A DNA stretch of 63,814 bases, counting the filler, from Sphacelaria rigidula (Eukaryota), in the NCBI GenBank assembly GCA_964200075.2. It is 10 parts of 10 records of this genome, joined end to end, with 100 filler letters (N's around TTAATTAATTAA, not from the genome) between each part and the next. Parts side by side here need not be neighbours in the genome. Positions count along the whole stretch, not along the records: positions 44,742 to 51,032 come from CAXNAA020020974.1; positions 51,133 to 57,423 come from CAXNAA020020975.1; positions 57,524 to 63,814 come from CAXNAA020020976.1; 7 more parts are not named here. The stretch is one strand, 5' to 3'. Every line of letters starts with the position of its first letter. Position 1 is the first letter of the stretch. The translations under genes and the position numbers were made by a program. Below, one piece after another: positions 50,451 to 62,784 of the stretch. The notes under the pieces are model-generated. The model worked only from the letters and a program-made list of their open reading frames with translations, did no database searches and had not been told where the DNA came from.

Positions 50451-51169
50451 GGTGCTTGGCTGGTTGGTGGTGGGCGTGGGGCAGGATTAGGAAGCGACGA
50501 CTTGGTCGGTGCCGTGGTGAAGGGGTTGAAGACGGGTTGGGTGTGTGTGTGAGCGGCGACATACTGCAGTCAACAAATCTTGGCAATTGTTTTTGTTTTT
50601 GTTCCCCCCAACAGCTGAGAGCATGAGGACCAAGGGATCGAGCATGTGTCGTTTTGGACGAGAGTGTTGTCGTTGCCTGTTAGTAGGTGATGCTGATGAG
50701 AGCACGCCTTTCGTCAGCTGGTCTGTGCTTAGCACGGTAGTCTTGTACGAAAGGAGCCGCTGCTTGAGCGTTCTCGCCCTCGGCGGGGGCTCTCCCTCGA
50801 GATACCCTATGTCGTTCGAGGGCTATGTTCTCTGTGTATCGTGATGAGCGCTGTGGGCATAGGGGGCGGGGCGTACTCATTTGTTCCTTGCCTTAGCCGT
50901 TTGACCATTGACCACGAATCCATTCTGAGACGAAGCACGTGCTGTAGGCATGGGGGTGAGAAGGGGGGGGGGGGGGGGGGGGGAAGGGGGGGGTGTTGGG
51001 GTGGGGGGGCCTTTTTTGGTAAAAAAAATGGGNNNNNNNNNNNNNNNNNNNNNNNNNNNNNNNNNNNNNNNNNNNNTTAATTAATTAANNNNNNNNNNNN
51101 NNNNNNNNNNNNNNNNNNNNNNNNNNNNNNNNTGGTGCGCGGGGTGCGGGCGGGGGGGGGGGTGTCGGC

Positions 51170-51463
51170 ACTTACATTCCCTCTGCGTTCTCAGGATGAG
51201 TCCGTAGTCTCAAGGGATCAACCCATCTCTCTGTTGGTACCGTACACGCCTTGCATTCTGGTCTCGCGAGTTGGATCATGACCGCCAGCAATCCAGTACC
51301 GCGTCGACTCCCGTCAAATAATCTCCTTTTTCTACCGGCGTCTTCCAGGTTCCAACGATGGCAATCAGATATTTCCGAGGAATATCCCGAGTGCATCCGT
51401 CGGGAATTGAACCCACATTCTCCAGACTTAATGGTTTCAGTTGCACCATTAAATCAACGGGGC
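51170..51463 (-). mobile_element. tRNA-derived SINE, divergent copy
   Basis: Minus strand GCCCCGTTGATTTAATGG...GGTTCAATTCCC, then the shared core GATGGGTTGATCCCTTGAGACTACGGACTCATCCTGAG. Confidence 0.7.
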
Positions 51464-51847
51464 GCGACGGCATTTATATCAGTGACAAGTAAATTTGGCT
51501 TGATTTTGTACAACAGCACAGCACAGCACAGCAAAGCACAGCACAGTTCAGTCCAGTCCAGCACATAGTAGGGCAGTGAAGCACCATCATTCCCCGTACA
51601 GTACCGTGCGAGCAGTACGCGCTTGACCTCGTTTCAGCAGAGTGTTTCGCTCTCTATCTCCTAGACCACGACTCGATTTCAATCCAGTCACTTACCTGTT
51701 ACGGAGTCAGTTAGTTGATCAGTCAAAACGCGAGTGCGGACGAGTGGCGCTGTGAGACATGATACTATGAGTGCAATCGGGAGGACCAGCCAACCGTGAA
51801 ATCAAACAGTTAACCACTCAACTAACATACGACGCTTCGCGACTTAC

Positions 51848-54656
51848 CGCCGGCTTCTGCGCGTGCGAGCTGCTTAGCCCTGGCCGCCAAGCCACCCCCA
51901 CAGCAAGGAATCCCTTCGCCATATCCCCTCGCGTTTCTGGATCCGGACCCCGTTTCGACTCGGCCTGTGTATGCGTACGGATTTACATGACATCCAATAA
52001 CAACAGACAACATGTTATTCCTCTGGTAATCTACTTATTTCAGGTCAAACCACCTGTTTTCAAAGTAAAGTGCTGGACGATCGACTGCTATACACATCAC
52101 TACCTCTGCTGTCCAACAAAAAGCACCATGGCATGAAGTAAGAGCTTGTCCTGATTTTGAGGCCTAAAAAACGTTTTGAAACTACCATCAACATCGACAT
52201 TACCACGTCCATTGCTGTCATCTACCTGCACCACTGACAAGGTGAAAAGGGGAAGTGACCGCAGCCAAAAACACTCATGTGTCATAATGTAGGGTGTCTT
52301 CCCTGACGTGCCCTACTAGCTACCCTGGGCTTTCCCCAGCGTATTTGTAGCACCATTTCTTCTACGATACTTGCAAATATTGGCTAACAAGTACCCAACT
52401 CTATCGTTCGCTAACACCCACGCCCGCGCGGAGTTGATCAGTGACGGATCAAAACAAATCATGTGAGCCACCTCGCGACGCACATCGCCCTGAAAAAAAA
52501 AGGCAGTGGCTGAATGAAAGCAGATGTCGCTAATCAATCACCTTCCGACACCCGCGAGACCTCGTGCGGTCCTCGGTACCCGCCTTTTCTTCACTCTGCC
52601 CGCCCCTACGGAGACAACAGTTGATCGACCGCTACGGCAAGGGCGGCGGAAAAGCGCAAGGATTGAAATAAAATGAAAAATCAGAAAGGTGAGTAAAGAA
52701 CGGCGTGTGCGTGTACGTTCCCGAGAAGAAACAAGAAGAAAACACACAGTATGTGGACGAATCCAACGGTCCTTTGCCAAAAATGATCTACCAAGATGCT
52801 GGAGCATACTACGGGTCAGAACAATTTGGCTCTGCCAAGCGGCCCAGACCGCCCCCTCCCCCGTCCCTTCAGTTGCATTGCTTCCGGGGGACATACTGTA
52901 TAAGTTCAATATATCAGCGTTTAGGAGGAAAACGACGTAGTGAGGAAGAGGAAAAACGAGGCGAAGAGAGGCGGCAGGAGGGCATTCATCACGTCAAGTG
53001 CTTGAGAAGATAAAAACGTACACTGTACAATAGACATAGAGTAGCAGGGCACAACAATCTAACATACCCGAGTGTGTCGATGTAACTACAACGATCTCTG
53101 CTGCTTCTGTGTGGACTAACTTGACATGAGGAACCTGCGTCTGGCCTGTGCTTTGCTCGGTGTGCCAGGAGCCAGGAACGGACGCTGTACGTGCTCACCA
53201 CGAATCCTCCGATAGTCAGAGACTGGCTCTGACTAGAACGGCTTTGTGAAGTCCATGTGCAAAATAAAAATCTAAATTTGACAGCAGAGGATCAATCATC
53301 ACACGTCAGGGATCCAAAAAAAACTATGTGAAGAACAGAACAGAGCAGAGAGAGAGAGAGGGAGCGAGAGAGAGAGAAAGGTGGTCGACCACCCAATACT
53401 GCGAAACGACGCTTGTCATATTTTTTCACCTCTCGAGATCGTCACAAAGAAAACATTCTTCTCCCAATCTTGCCCTATCTAGACCCTAGATAACGATCCT
53501 GGTGACAAAGAGACGCGACATACAGTGATGGAACCTTATGACACACAAGATGAAAAGCCCCGCAAGAAAGGGCGGCACAAGTTCCGGGACCTTTATCGCC
53601 AATCGGACTTGATTCCTGGGGGTAACCACGGGGGGGCAGAAGGTTTTGTTCTTGTATTATTTTGTTAGCACGTGTGAGATTATGTTTATGGGAGCAGGAG
53701 CCGGAGAAGAAGGAGAACGGGGAATTGCCTGGCCAAAAGTGGGGGTGAGGGGTATATATGGCATCGTCAAAGATTATCGTGACAGTTGGAGGAAAACAAG
53801 GTAGATGCATGAAAATTGTTTTACATCACGAGGTGCAATGTACGAACACGCCTTCTCCTTCGCGGCCAGCTCCTTCCTTCACTGATCTTGCTCCTCGCGG
53901 CCATCTTCGAGCGCCAAACGCTCTCGTCAGCTTTGTACTGGGTGCAGGCGGCGCACCTCCGACATGAGACTCCATTCGCGGGCGCTCCCCTTGTCCTTCC
54001 CTCACCCATCTTCTCCAATGTTGGATACCCACGGCAACGTACGCTTCGTCTGAGCTGTTTCTGTACAACAGTGGCGAAGAAAGCAAAAGCGATGGATTGA
54101 TTGTTAGATTTCCGTCTACCGTATTGTATAATTATTTCATGCTGCCACCACCCCTACCACTCCGAAGGCGTGCTTGTGATAGCCTGGCGAGCCACGCTGG
54201 TGAGCCGCTGGGACAAGATTGTGTTCGTTCTCTCTTGCGTGTGGAAGTACGCACAGGTTAGCTCGGGTGATATGCCAGGATGGTTGTGGCGCTGCTGCCT
54301 CTCGCCTCTCGCAGTAAGTAGTATGTCGATACTGTGATGACGCAATTGACGATGGGTCGACATGATAGCGATGAAACTATTCATTCACGAAACATTTTTG
54401 ACGGAAGTTCTTCTAGCAACGGTTGTTCACGCAACGAGATGTAACGAAACGGAACGTAACGCGACGTAGCAAGTTCGAAGCAAGCTAACACCCCGTGCCG
54501 ATACACTCCGGGGAATCATCAGCTGTTGCCTGTAACGTCGAGATGGACGTGAGAGAGGTGACTGCCGAAGGCAGCAATAATATCCCGATCTGTTGATGAT
54601 GATCTATCTGGTGAAGTTGGCCGCTTAAGGACGGTAGCTGCGGTTGCCAAGCGTCC
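51848..54656 (-). pseudogene. Series of exon-like blocks of an unknown, probably degenerate gene
   Basis: AG/GT-bounded blocks at about 51964-51848, 52225-52104, 52489-52325, 54052-53825 and 54656-54491. I could not join them into one open frame. Confidence 0.3.
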
Positions 54657-54941
54657 TGCATGAGATCCACACAAGTACATGGCAAGTGAGTACATGAAAC
54701 GAGAAAAAACAAAGTAAACACCAATCAACAACACGCAGCAAACAGACAAAAACACATGAAACCGATCATAAGAGAAGACTTCCGCACACCCAGAGTATCG
54801 GCAAGGCTTTTCGATAGCAGCTGTATTGATGTACAGCTGACTACCTCTAGATTCCTAGCACGAAACCCCAAACCATTACGAGATACCTGTATGTAAATGC
54901 CTTCTGGGTATCAGTTCGTTGACCCGAGAGCTCAGTAGGGG

Positions 54942-55770
54942 TGTGGTCAGCGGGTCCTCAGTGATGAGGCAGTGGAAGCAGTATAAAACAAGTCCCTGGA
55001 TTGCGGAGTCGTGGTGTCGCGTATCGATTTTTGTTGTTGCTAGGCCTACACTCGAAAGGAAGTCTGGACAACGAAGTGATCTCCGGGGGGTGCTCCCCTG
55101 ACTGCGTAAAACTGAAATATGACAAATACATGTCTAATTGTAGCAAATGGAGGAAGGCGTAATGCTGCCTCAGGACCTGGAACGATACCTGGATCGATCC
55201 ATGACATCCCCCCTATAGCCCTTTGAGCGATCCTCACGGATGGATATACCAGCACGACACAGAACAAAACCGAAAAACTCCGGATGACTCAGAATCCGCA
55301 AAGCAAGAATCAATCACCAAACGCTGAGCGATGTCGAATGATCCGTGACATCCCCCCTAGACCTTTCAGCGACCCTTGTGGATCGATAAACTGGCCTGCC
55401 GAACAGCAGAAGAAAAAAAGGCATCGAAGGTGGACAAAAAACCCGCATAACAGGAAAAAATCATTACCACAAGACAGGAGAAACCCGGCGACGGGAAGAA
55501 ACGCCCGTGACAGACCACGCCCTCAGTAGCTCAGGCCTGAAAACAGCTAAAAAAAAAAAGGGGAGTCCCGGAGGTGGATCAAAACCCGCAAAGCAGGAAA
55601 AAATCACCACCACAAGACAGGAGAAACCCGGCGACAAAAACAAAGGGGTCTTGCTATTTACGTCAACATTGACGTACTCTGTTACATCCGTCGACGTTGA
55701 CGTACTCTGTTACATCCGTCAACGTTGACCTATTCTGTTACATCCGTCAACGTTCAGCATCCGTCCCACA
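54942..55770 (-). repeat. Putative 3' LTR of the minus-strand Copia element
   Basis: TGTGG...CCACA inverted ends, a G-rich tract immediately upstream on the minus strand, and internal tandem duplications (for example GTTACATCCGTCAACGTTGAC x3 at 55681-55755). Confidence 0.4.
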
Positions 55771-56085
55771 AGCCCCGCATGGACACAGTAACACATGGAA
55801 AACACTCACACAGTCTCTAGCTATCGTTCGAGTCATCGCACGGAGCAAACGGACCCGTAGCGGATGAGATACGTGCTTAGCTGTCACAACGTTGGGTTAG
55901 GGTTACCTTCGCAGACGCCCAGGCCAGGGCACCTATACTGAACGACGGGAAACGCCCTACAAACCCATGCCCCACAAAGTAGCGTGAGCGGCTTCACCCA
56001 ATGTAAGCGCAGATGCATTACGGAAACCATGACCTGAAACATCTAGAGCTGACAAATCGAAAGACACACAAAACAAAATATGTGT

Positions 56086-57423
56086 CTACTCGCTCTCCCC
56101 AGTGTTCATCAAGGCGCGACGGTGCCTGTTGAACAGCGTGATTGGGAGCGACTTCGTAAGAATATCGGCGTGTTGCCACTACGAACCCACATGAACAATC
56201 CTTACTGCTCTCGTCCTAACCAAGTCCCAAATAAAATGCCACCTCACGTCGATGTGCTTACTTCGACCTGAGCTAAGAGGGTTGTCGGCTAGAGCCCTAG
56301 CCCCCTCATTGTCTTCATAGAGAACAATATCGTATTCTACTTGTCGTCCTAACACGACCTTCGGTCGTAGGAAAGACAGTACCGACCTGACAAACATGAA
56401 TTCCTTCGCCCCTTCCGCCATAGCTACGTACTCGGCCTCGGTGGTTGACAGGGTAACGCAGCGTTGCGTTCGACTAGTACTTGATACTGCTATTCCCCCG
56501 TGCATGACAGCTACACCGGAAACTGACCGCCGGTCTGTATCTTTCTTCGCGTAATCAGCATCACAATAAACTGTGAGCCTACTCTCCCCTGAACTAAAAG
56601 TAAGACCGTAGTTTCTGGTCGTGTTGAGGTACGCCAGAACTTTTAACACCCCTCGCCAGTGTCTTTCACATGAGTCATGTGATTGTCGGGCCAGGTCTCG
56701 GGCTGCATTTGCTCTGTCAGGCCTGGTTACCCCAGCTAACCACATCAAACCTCCCACGGCACTCCGGTATGGTCTATCTAAAACCTCGTCACCTTGCTTC
56801 ACTGGTCCCAAATCTGCAGACACTGATGCGGGAATATCAGAAAATTCCGTAACCTCGAAACGCTTCAGCGTGGTGTCGACAAAGGTCGTTTGATTCACGA
56901 ACATGGTACCTCTTTTCCAATTCCTCTCTATGGCACACCCCATATACCACTGGGCTTCACCCAAGTTGTTTGTCGGGAATCTGTTGTTGAGGATATTACA
57001 TACCGTCTCGACTCTTTTTGTTTCTCCCCCGATTAGAATGTCGTCCACGTGCACAACAAGTATTACACACACTTCCCCCCTTTCCTCCAGTCTGTACACA
57101 CACGGGTCAGCCTTACTTTGCGACATTTTTACATCCTCCACCAGTGTTTTGTTCAGGAGGAGGGACCATGCCTTCCTGCTTGTTTTACTCCGTATATAGA
57201 TTTTCCAGCCTAACCGTGCTACCTGTCAGGGGGCCACACCCTTCTGGGAGCTTCATGAACACGTCCGTGTCCATTTCGGCTCGTACAAAAACCTGGGTAA
57301 CGTCGAAGTGAGAAAGTGGCCATCCTCTCTGTACTGCCACGGCCATGACCAATTTTATTGATGTCATGGCCGAGGTGGCTGCAAACGTCTCGAAATAATC
57401 CACCGCGAATCTCTGACCAAACC
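56086..57423 (-). mobile_element. Ty1/Copia LTR retrotransposon, decayed RT-RNase H
   Basis: DYFETFA, HFDVTQVF, DPCVY, VHVDD, YRSAVGGLMWL, YCDADYA, LSTTEAEY, YEDN, RSKHIDVRWHF, ADILTK. Frameshift near 57185 and an in-frame stop at 56179-56181. Confidence 0.95.
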
Positions 57424-57523
57424 NNNNNNNNNNNNNNNNNNNNNNNNNNNNNNNNNNNNNNNNNNNNTTAATTAATTAANNNNNNNNNNNNNNNNNNNNN
57501 NNNNNNNNNNNNNNNNNNNNNNN

Positions 57524-60500
57524 TACTGCAACAAGTCTGGACACAACAAATCGTCCTGTTTCATCCTGCAACACGATCGCGACGCTGGCTCGTCATCCAC
57601 ATCTGGCCGGAGAAGCAACTGGTGGTGCAGCTACCACAAAACGCATCTCCACGCAACGCCGGCTGCATGAAGCAGCAACGGCAAAGGAACGGCGGCTCCA
57701 ACGGGACCGACGGAGCCGGTCGCAACGGCGGCGGCAGCAACGGCGGCGGAGGCCGGAATAACAACAACAACAACAACGACGGCGGCGGCGGCAGCAACGG
57801 CGGCGGAGGCCGGAACCGCAGCAACAACAACGGACGCCGGAGTGGCGGAGGATCGACCTCAGGGCAGGCCAACACGGCTGTCACCGTGGACTCTACGACT
57901 ACAGCAATAGCTCCACCCCCGGCTCCACCTCCAGCGGCAGCGGCTACGCCCGCGCCGTCAGCGACGACTACACCATATAACAACCTATCTACCCCCTCCC
58001 CCGTCCGGCATTGGCTACTCTTTCTTGGCAGCCGGCTCTCCTACTCCAGACCCAGTCCAGTTAACCATGACGTCGGACTGCGGAGCTTCGTCACACTTCG
58101 TTGACAGCCACCTCATCAAGGACATCGAATCGCGCATGTCCGACTTCGTCCAGCTCGACCCGCCGGTGACGATCGTCGTCGCCGGCAACAACACTCTCGC
58201 CGCAGTCAGCATGGGCACTCTCACCATGAGCGCCATCGACGACCGCGGCACAGCCCACGACATCTACCTGCCGGCCATAAACGTGCCGGGGCCAGGGCGT
58301 CACCTGTTTTCGGGAGGTGCGGCAGCACTCAAGGGTGTTAACACGGTTGTCGCCAAGCAGTCGTACTTGGACGTCGGACCGTTCAAGATTCCACTTCGAA
58401 AGGAAATCGACTGCCCCACTATCGATTATGTCGACCTCAAGCTAGCCCCTACCATCAAGACCCCTACGGAGGCGGCCTTTCCAACTAGAGTCATATCTGG
58501 ATATACTCTTCCGCTCGGAAGAGCAACGGCCTCACGTCTAATTCGTAGCAGGGCCACAGCGGAACCTACAGCTTCCACAGCAACACCGCCGGCTCTGACG
58601 GCCACGCCGGGGTTGCCGGCCACCTCAACTACTCTTTTGCTAGTTCAACCGGCTACCGCCATGCCGGCGGAGGGGGCAAACACGTGGCACCAGCGCCTTG
58701 GACATCCCAACGAGCGCACTATGCAGGCGGCGCGGGACACTGCCGAGACGGGTGTTCAGTTTACCGGCTCGCTGACCTCGTGCGAGGTCTGCCAAATCAA
58801 CAAGGGCATCAGACATTCGGGACGAGCCGGCTTCAACCGTCATCTTCGAAAGGCTGCAATTGGTCAGCACGGACCTATTGGGACCCGTGACGCCCCCGGC
58901 GCGTGGGAATTTCAGGTACATGGCCAAGTACTCCGATCACTACAGCAAATTCCAAGCCGTCTACTTCATTTCCACCAAGGCACTCACAACGCTCGTCAAA
59001 TTTGTGCAAGACTTGGCTATGTCGCTGGGACTCCGAATTCAGCACCTACGGGCCGACGGTGGTGGCGACTTTATCGCCGGCTACTACCGCGAGTACTGCA
59101 AGACCACCGCGATCGTCCAGTAGTTCAGCTCGCCCAATACGCCGGAGCAAAACGGTCTCAGCGCGCGCGACGGGCGCACAATCATGGGCATGGCCCGGTG
59201 CCTTCTCAACGGCGCAGCCCTCCCAAAGTCCCGCTGGGGGAAATGGCGGCCACTGCGGTTTTTCTCCTGAACTGCCTGCCGAACAAGACTATCGGCGGAA
59301 ACACCCCCTACTACAGGATGTTCGGCAAGCACGCCGATCTATCCTTCCTGCGCATCATCGGGGCGCGCGCCTTCGTTCACCATGAGGGGCATCTACGCAA
59401 GCTAGATCCTAGGGCGCGCGAAGGAGTTCTCATCGGCTACGACAACGACAAGCCTACCTACCGAATCTACGACCGCCACACAGGGCAGGTCATCAGCACC
59501 CGCAACGTCACTTTCACAGAGACGCCGCCGGTCGCTGTTCGCACCACAACCGGCGCCCGGGGGCAAGATTGCAGCGACGACCCAATTTATGAGGACTCCG
59601 CGCTGGACAGCAACAATGCCGATGACAGTATCGACATCATCAACGACAAGACCAACGACCGCTTTTTCAACGGCATAAGCAATTTGGCGCAGCAGACGAC
59701 TCGAATGATTCACCGCTCGGCTCTATGCCGCAACTACAATCGGCAACATCCTCATCTCCGAAACCCGCGGCTACCGCCACAAGAAAGTTTTCTCCCTCCG
59801 GCCTGAACTAAGCGCGGGCGCTACGCCAGCTGGCGCTTGCCGTTGACTTCGCTGCACACCAAAAGTCGTACTCGTTTATGCAATAAGTGGGTCACTACAT
59901 CGGCGTTGTGGGGCTACACAAGGTCACTACTCCAGAGGCCATCCCTGTACCCAACACCTTCAAGGAGGCAATGGCCTCGCCTCATTCTGCGGAATGGCTG
60001 ACGGCCGCCCGGAAGGAGCACCAGAGCCTCATCGACCTCCAGGTTTTCGAGTTGGTCCCTCCGGAAGCAGTTCCTCCAGGCCATAACATCATCAGCTCAC
60101 GCTGGGTGTTCAAGGTAAAAACTGATGGGCGATTCAAAGGCAGAGTCGTCGGATCGGGCTGGTCGCAGAGGCACGGCATAGACGGCGGCAGCACGTTTGC
60201 GCCGGTCTGCCGGATCGAGAGTCAACGCCTCCTTCTTGCCATCGCCGCTGCCAACGGATGGAGCGTCTCAGCCATGGACTTCTCAACAGCATTTCTCAAC
60301 GGGAAGCTCGAGGAAGAAGTCTACATGCGGCAGGCGCCGGGGTTCGGAAAGAAGAATTCGCGGGGGCGACCGTTCATCATGAAGCTGCGTAAGTCCATCT
60401 ACGGGCTGCGGCAGTCACCAAAAGCATGGAACAGCACCATCGACGGCGATCTTCGAGCACTCGGCTTTAAACCGACCGTGAGCGACGCGTGCGTATACGT

Positions 60501-62313
60501 CAAGGGCAGCGGAGACAACTACAGCATGCTCCCTCTGTACGTGGACGACCTCCTCATCACGGGACCCAACTCAGCAATCGTGGCCAAACTCCGGAAAGCA
60601 CTCATGGACAAGTTTTCTATGACGGAGTTTGGCGACGCCACTGAAATCTTGGGGATCGACATCATCCAGGACAAGCAGCTAGGCACCATCAGCATCAACC
60701 AAGGGCCCTACGTAATGTCGCCACTACAAAAGTGCGACATCTCCGACTGCAACGCAGTACACACACCTGGAATCGGCAACGAGCTGACCGCGGAGCCCGA
60801 AGGCAGCGTACTGCTTGACAAGGATGACACTCTCGACTACCAGAGCATCGTGGGGTCCCTCATCTTCCTGTGCCAGTGTACCCGCGTGGACATCTGCTTC
60901 GCAGTGTCACAGGCGGCACGGTTCATGACCAAGCCAACCTCAGTACACATGGGGGCCGTGAAACGCATTCTGCGATACCTGCGCGGCACCCCTGACATTC
61001 GCATCACCTACAGGCGGAACAGCAGCTTCGAGCTCACTGGGTTCTGTGACGCCTCTTACGGCACGGGCAACCCAAAAAAGGCTACGTCTACATCGGGGAG
61101 CATCTACTTCCTTGCTGGGGGTGCCATACACTTCTCGGCTAGCGTACAGAAAATCTCAGCCCAATCTACCACCGAAGCGGAGCTGATTGCCATGAGCTCT
61201 TGGGCAAAACAAGGCATTTATCTGTGTGGCATCCTCGGAGAGCTCGGATGGAGGACCTTCTGCAGCGCCCGCATATTTTGCGACAACAAGGGAGCCTTGC
61301 TACTCGCGGGATGAGGCTCATACAGCAGCAGGAGCAAACACCTCGCGATCAGGTTCGCCGGCCTTCGCGATTGAATCACCGACGACAAAATTACCATCGA
61401 CCACGTCTCCACGAAGGGTCAGCTCAGCGACTTCCTCACCAAGTTCCTGGCTAGGCCCCTCGTCACGGAGATGCTTGCGGCCATCCTCAGGGGACCGGAC
61501 CTCCAGCAGGGCAAGCTACCACGTCACCACTTTTCAACTTGAGGAACTCTACAGCTTTTCTTCGCGGTTCTACTTTTTTTGTTTGCTTTTCTTGGATTAC
61601 CAAGATGGTTTAGCTTGGACTACTTACTTAGCGGACTGTATCAGCGGTTTCCTTTATGTGTATGTAGCGTAAGGACGGCTGCATTATGAGCACACTTTGT
61701 ATTTATTTCGCCTTTCCTTCTTTTCTTCGGACAGTCAGGGCATCGGTAATGATATTTGTCAGCGTGCCTGTCCAACCTTCTCTGTATAAAGCTTCCATCA
61801 CGGGGGCGCACTTCGTAGCATTCATCGATATAGGCTTCCATCGCGGGGGCGTGTTAGAACAACAGATTTGTTATTGGTCTCTTATTTCGATAGTCGCTCA
61901 TATCGGGTAAATAGTAGTACAACTTCCGCATCCTCAGAGGATCGCAACTGTTCCAAGATTGTTAGCGGCGCTTCCGTCTCTGTCGGGTTAATGTAAAGTT
62001 CTAGGATTCTCATTACTTCGTTCTAGAGTTCTGTCGGGTTAATGTAGAGTCGTAGGATTCTCATAAGTAAGAATATTCTCATAAGTAAAAACGTAGGCGT
62101 AGCGCATTGATCCGAGGATACTTGTGGGCTGCCCCCATACCCTCTCACTCTTTTTTTCTTCTTCACTCTCTTCACTGAGATTCTCGGCCACGTAAGCGCC
62201 AATTTCCAACATCAATCTTTTCGACAAGCGAGTGTGCTTTACCGCCACTTAGTGCTGGCCCTGTGCATCTCCTTGAGATATCACGCCACATCAAGAACTA
62301 CCTCGTTCTTTCA
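57524..62313 (+). mobile_element. Ty1/Copia LTR retrotransposon (gag knuckle-PR-IN-RT-RH plus 3' LTR), 5' end cut by the contig start, inactivated
   Basis: YCNKSGHNKSSC zinc knuckle (57524-57560), protease DCGASSHF, WHQRLGH...CEVC, integrase core split by frameshifts and stops, RT LYVDD, RNase H FCDASY/STTEAE/FCDN, and LSDFLTK near 61425-61443. The IN-before-RT order is Copia. Confidence 0.96.
61852..62313 (+). repeat. 3' LTR of the plus-strand Copia element
   Basis: Follows the PPT-like cgggggcg. TGTTAGAAC...GTTCTTTCA are imperfect inverted ends, and another element's coding sequence resumes immediately after. Confidence 0.7.
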
Positions 62314-62784
62314 GGACTGGCATTCGTTACGTCAAGACCGAAGACCAACTCGCAGACATAGGGACCAAGTACCTCAGCAAACACGGGCACCGCCATCTCG
62401 TCAAGCTGAGTACAGCCTGGTTGTAGCTTTGAGCTCTTCTTTCGTCCTTGAGTGCCGGGACAGTTGTACTGACGTGGCTGTTTGAAACTAGTACGTATTT
62501 GCATTAAGGGTGAATGTGAAGGGTTAAGAGTTATACTTGCGTTGAGGGGGAGTGTTAGAAAATGAGGCTGTGGAGCCATGCTCTTCAAAGCTACGTGTGG
62601 TATTGATTTTATATACATATATTATGTAGTGTTGGGATCGAAAGTACCGGTCACTAAGATTTGGCCTGATGTGGGGGCGTATACTGTGGGATAGCAGCTG
62701 TGATACATTAAGCACTCTCCTCGGCTGACCGTTCAACACGGTGGGTTGTTTGGACTGCCTTGCCCACACGAGGCACCTTGAACA
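62314..62784 (+). mobile_element. 3' end of a second (host) Copia: RNase H tail, PPT and putative LTR 62553-62784
   Basis: GIRYVKTEDQLADIGTKYLSKHGHRHLVKL (ADxxTK motif), then GAGGGGGAG|TGTTAG...TGAACA. Confidence 0.75.

Noticed and set aside
53905..53930. Hammerhead ribozyme core on the minus strand (CTGACGAG-AGCG-loop-CGCT-CGAAG)
   Set aside because: Stem II forms, but the core has GAAG instead of GAAA and I could not find complementary stems I and III.
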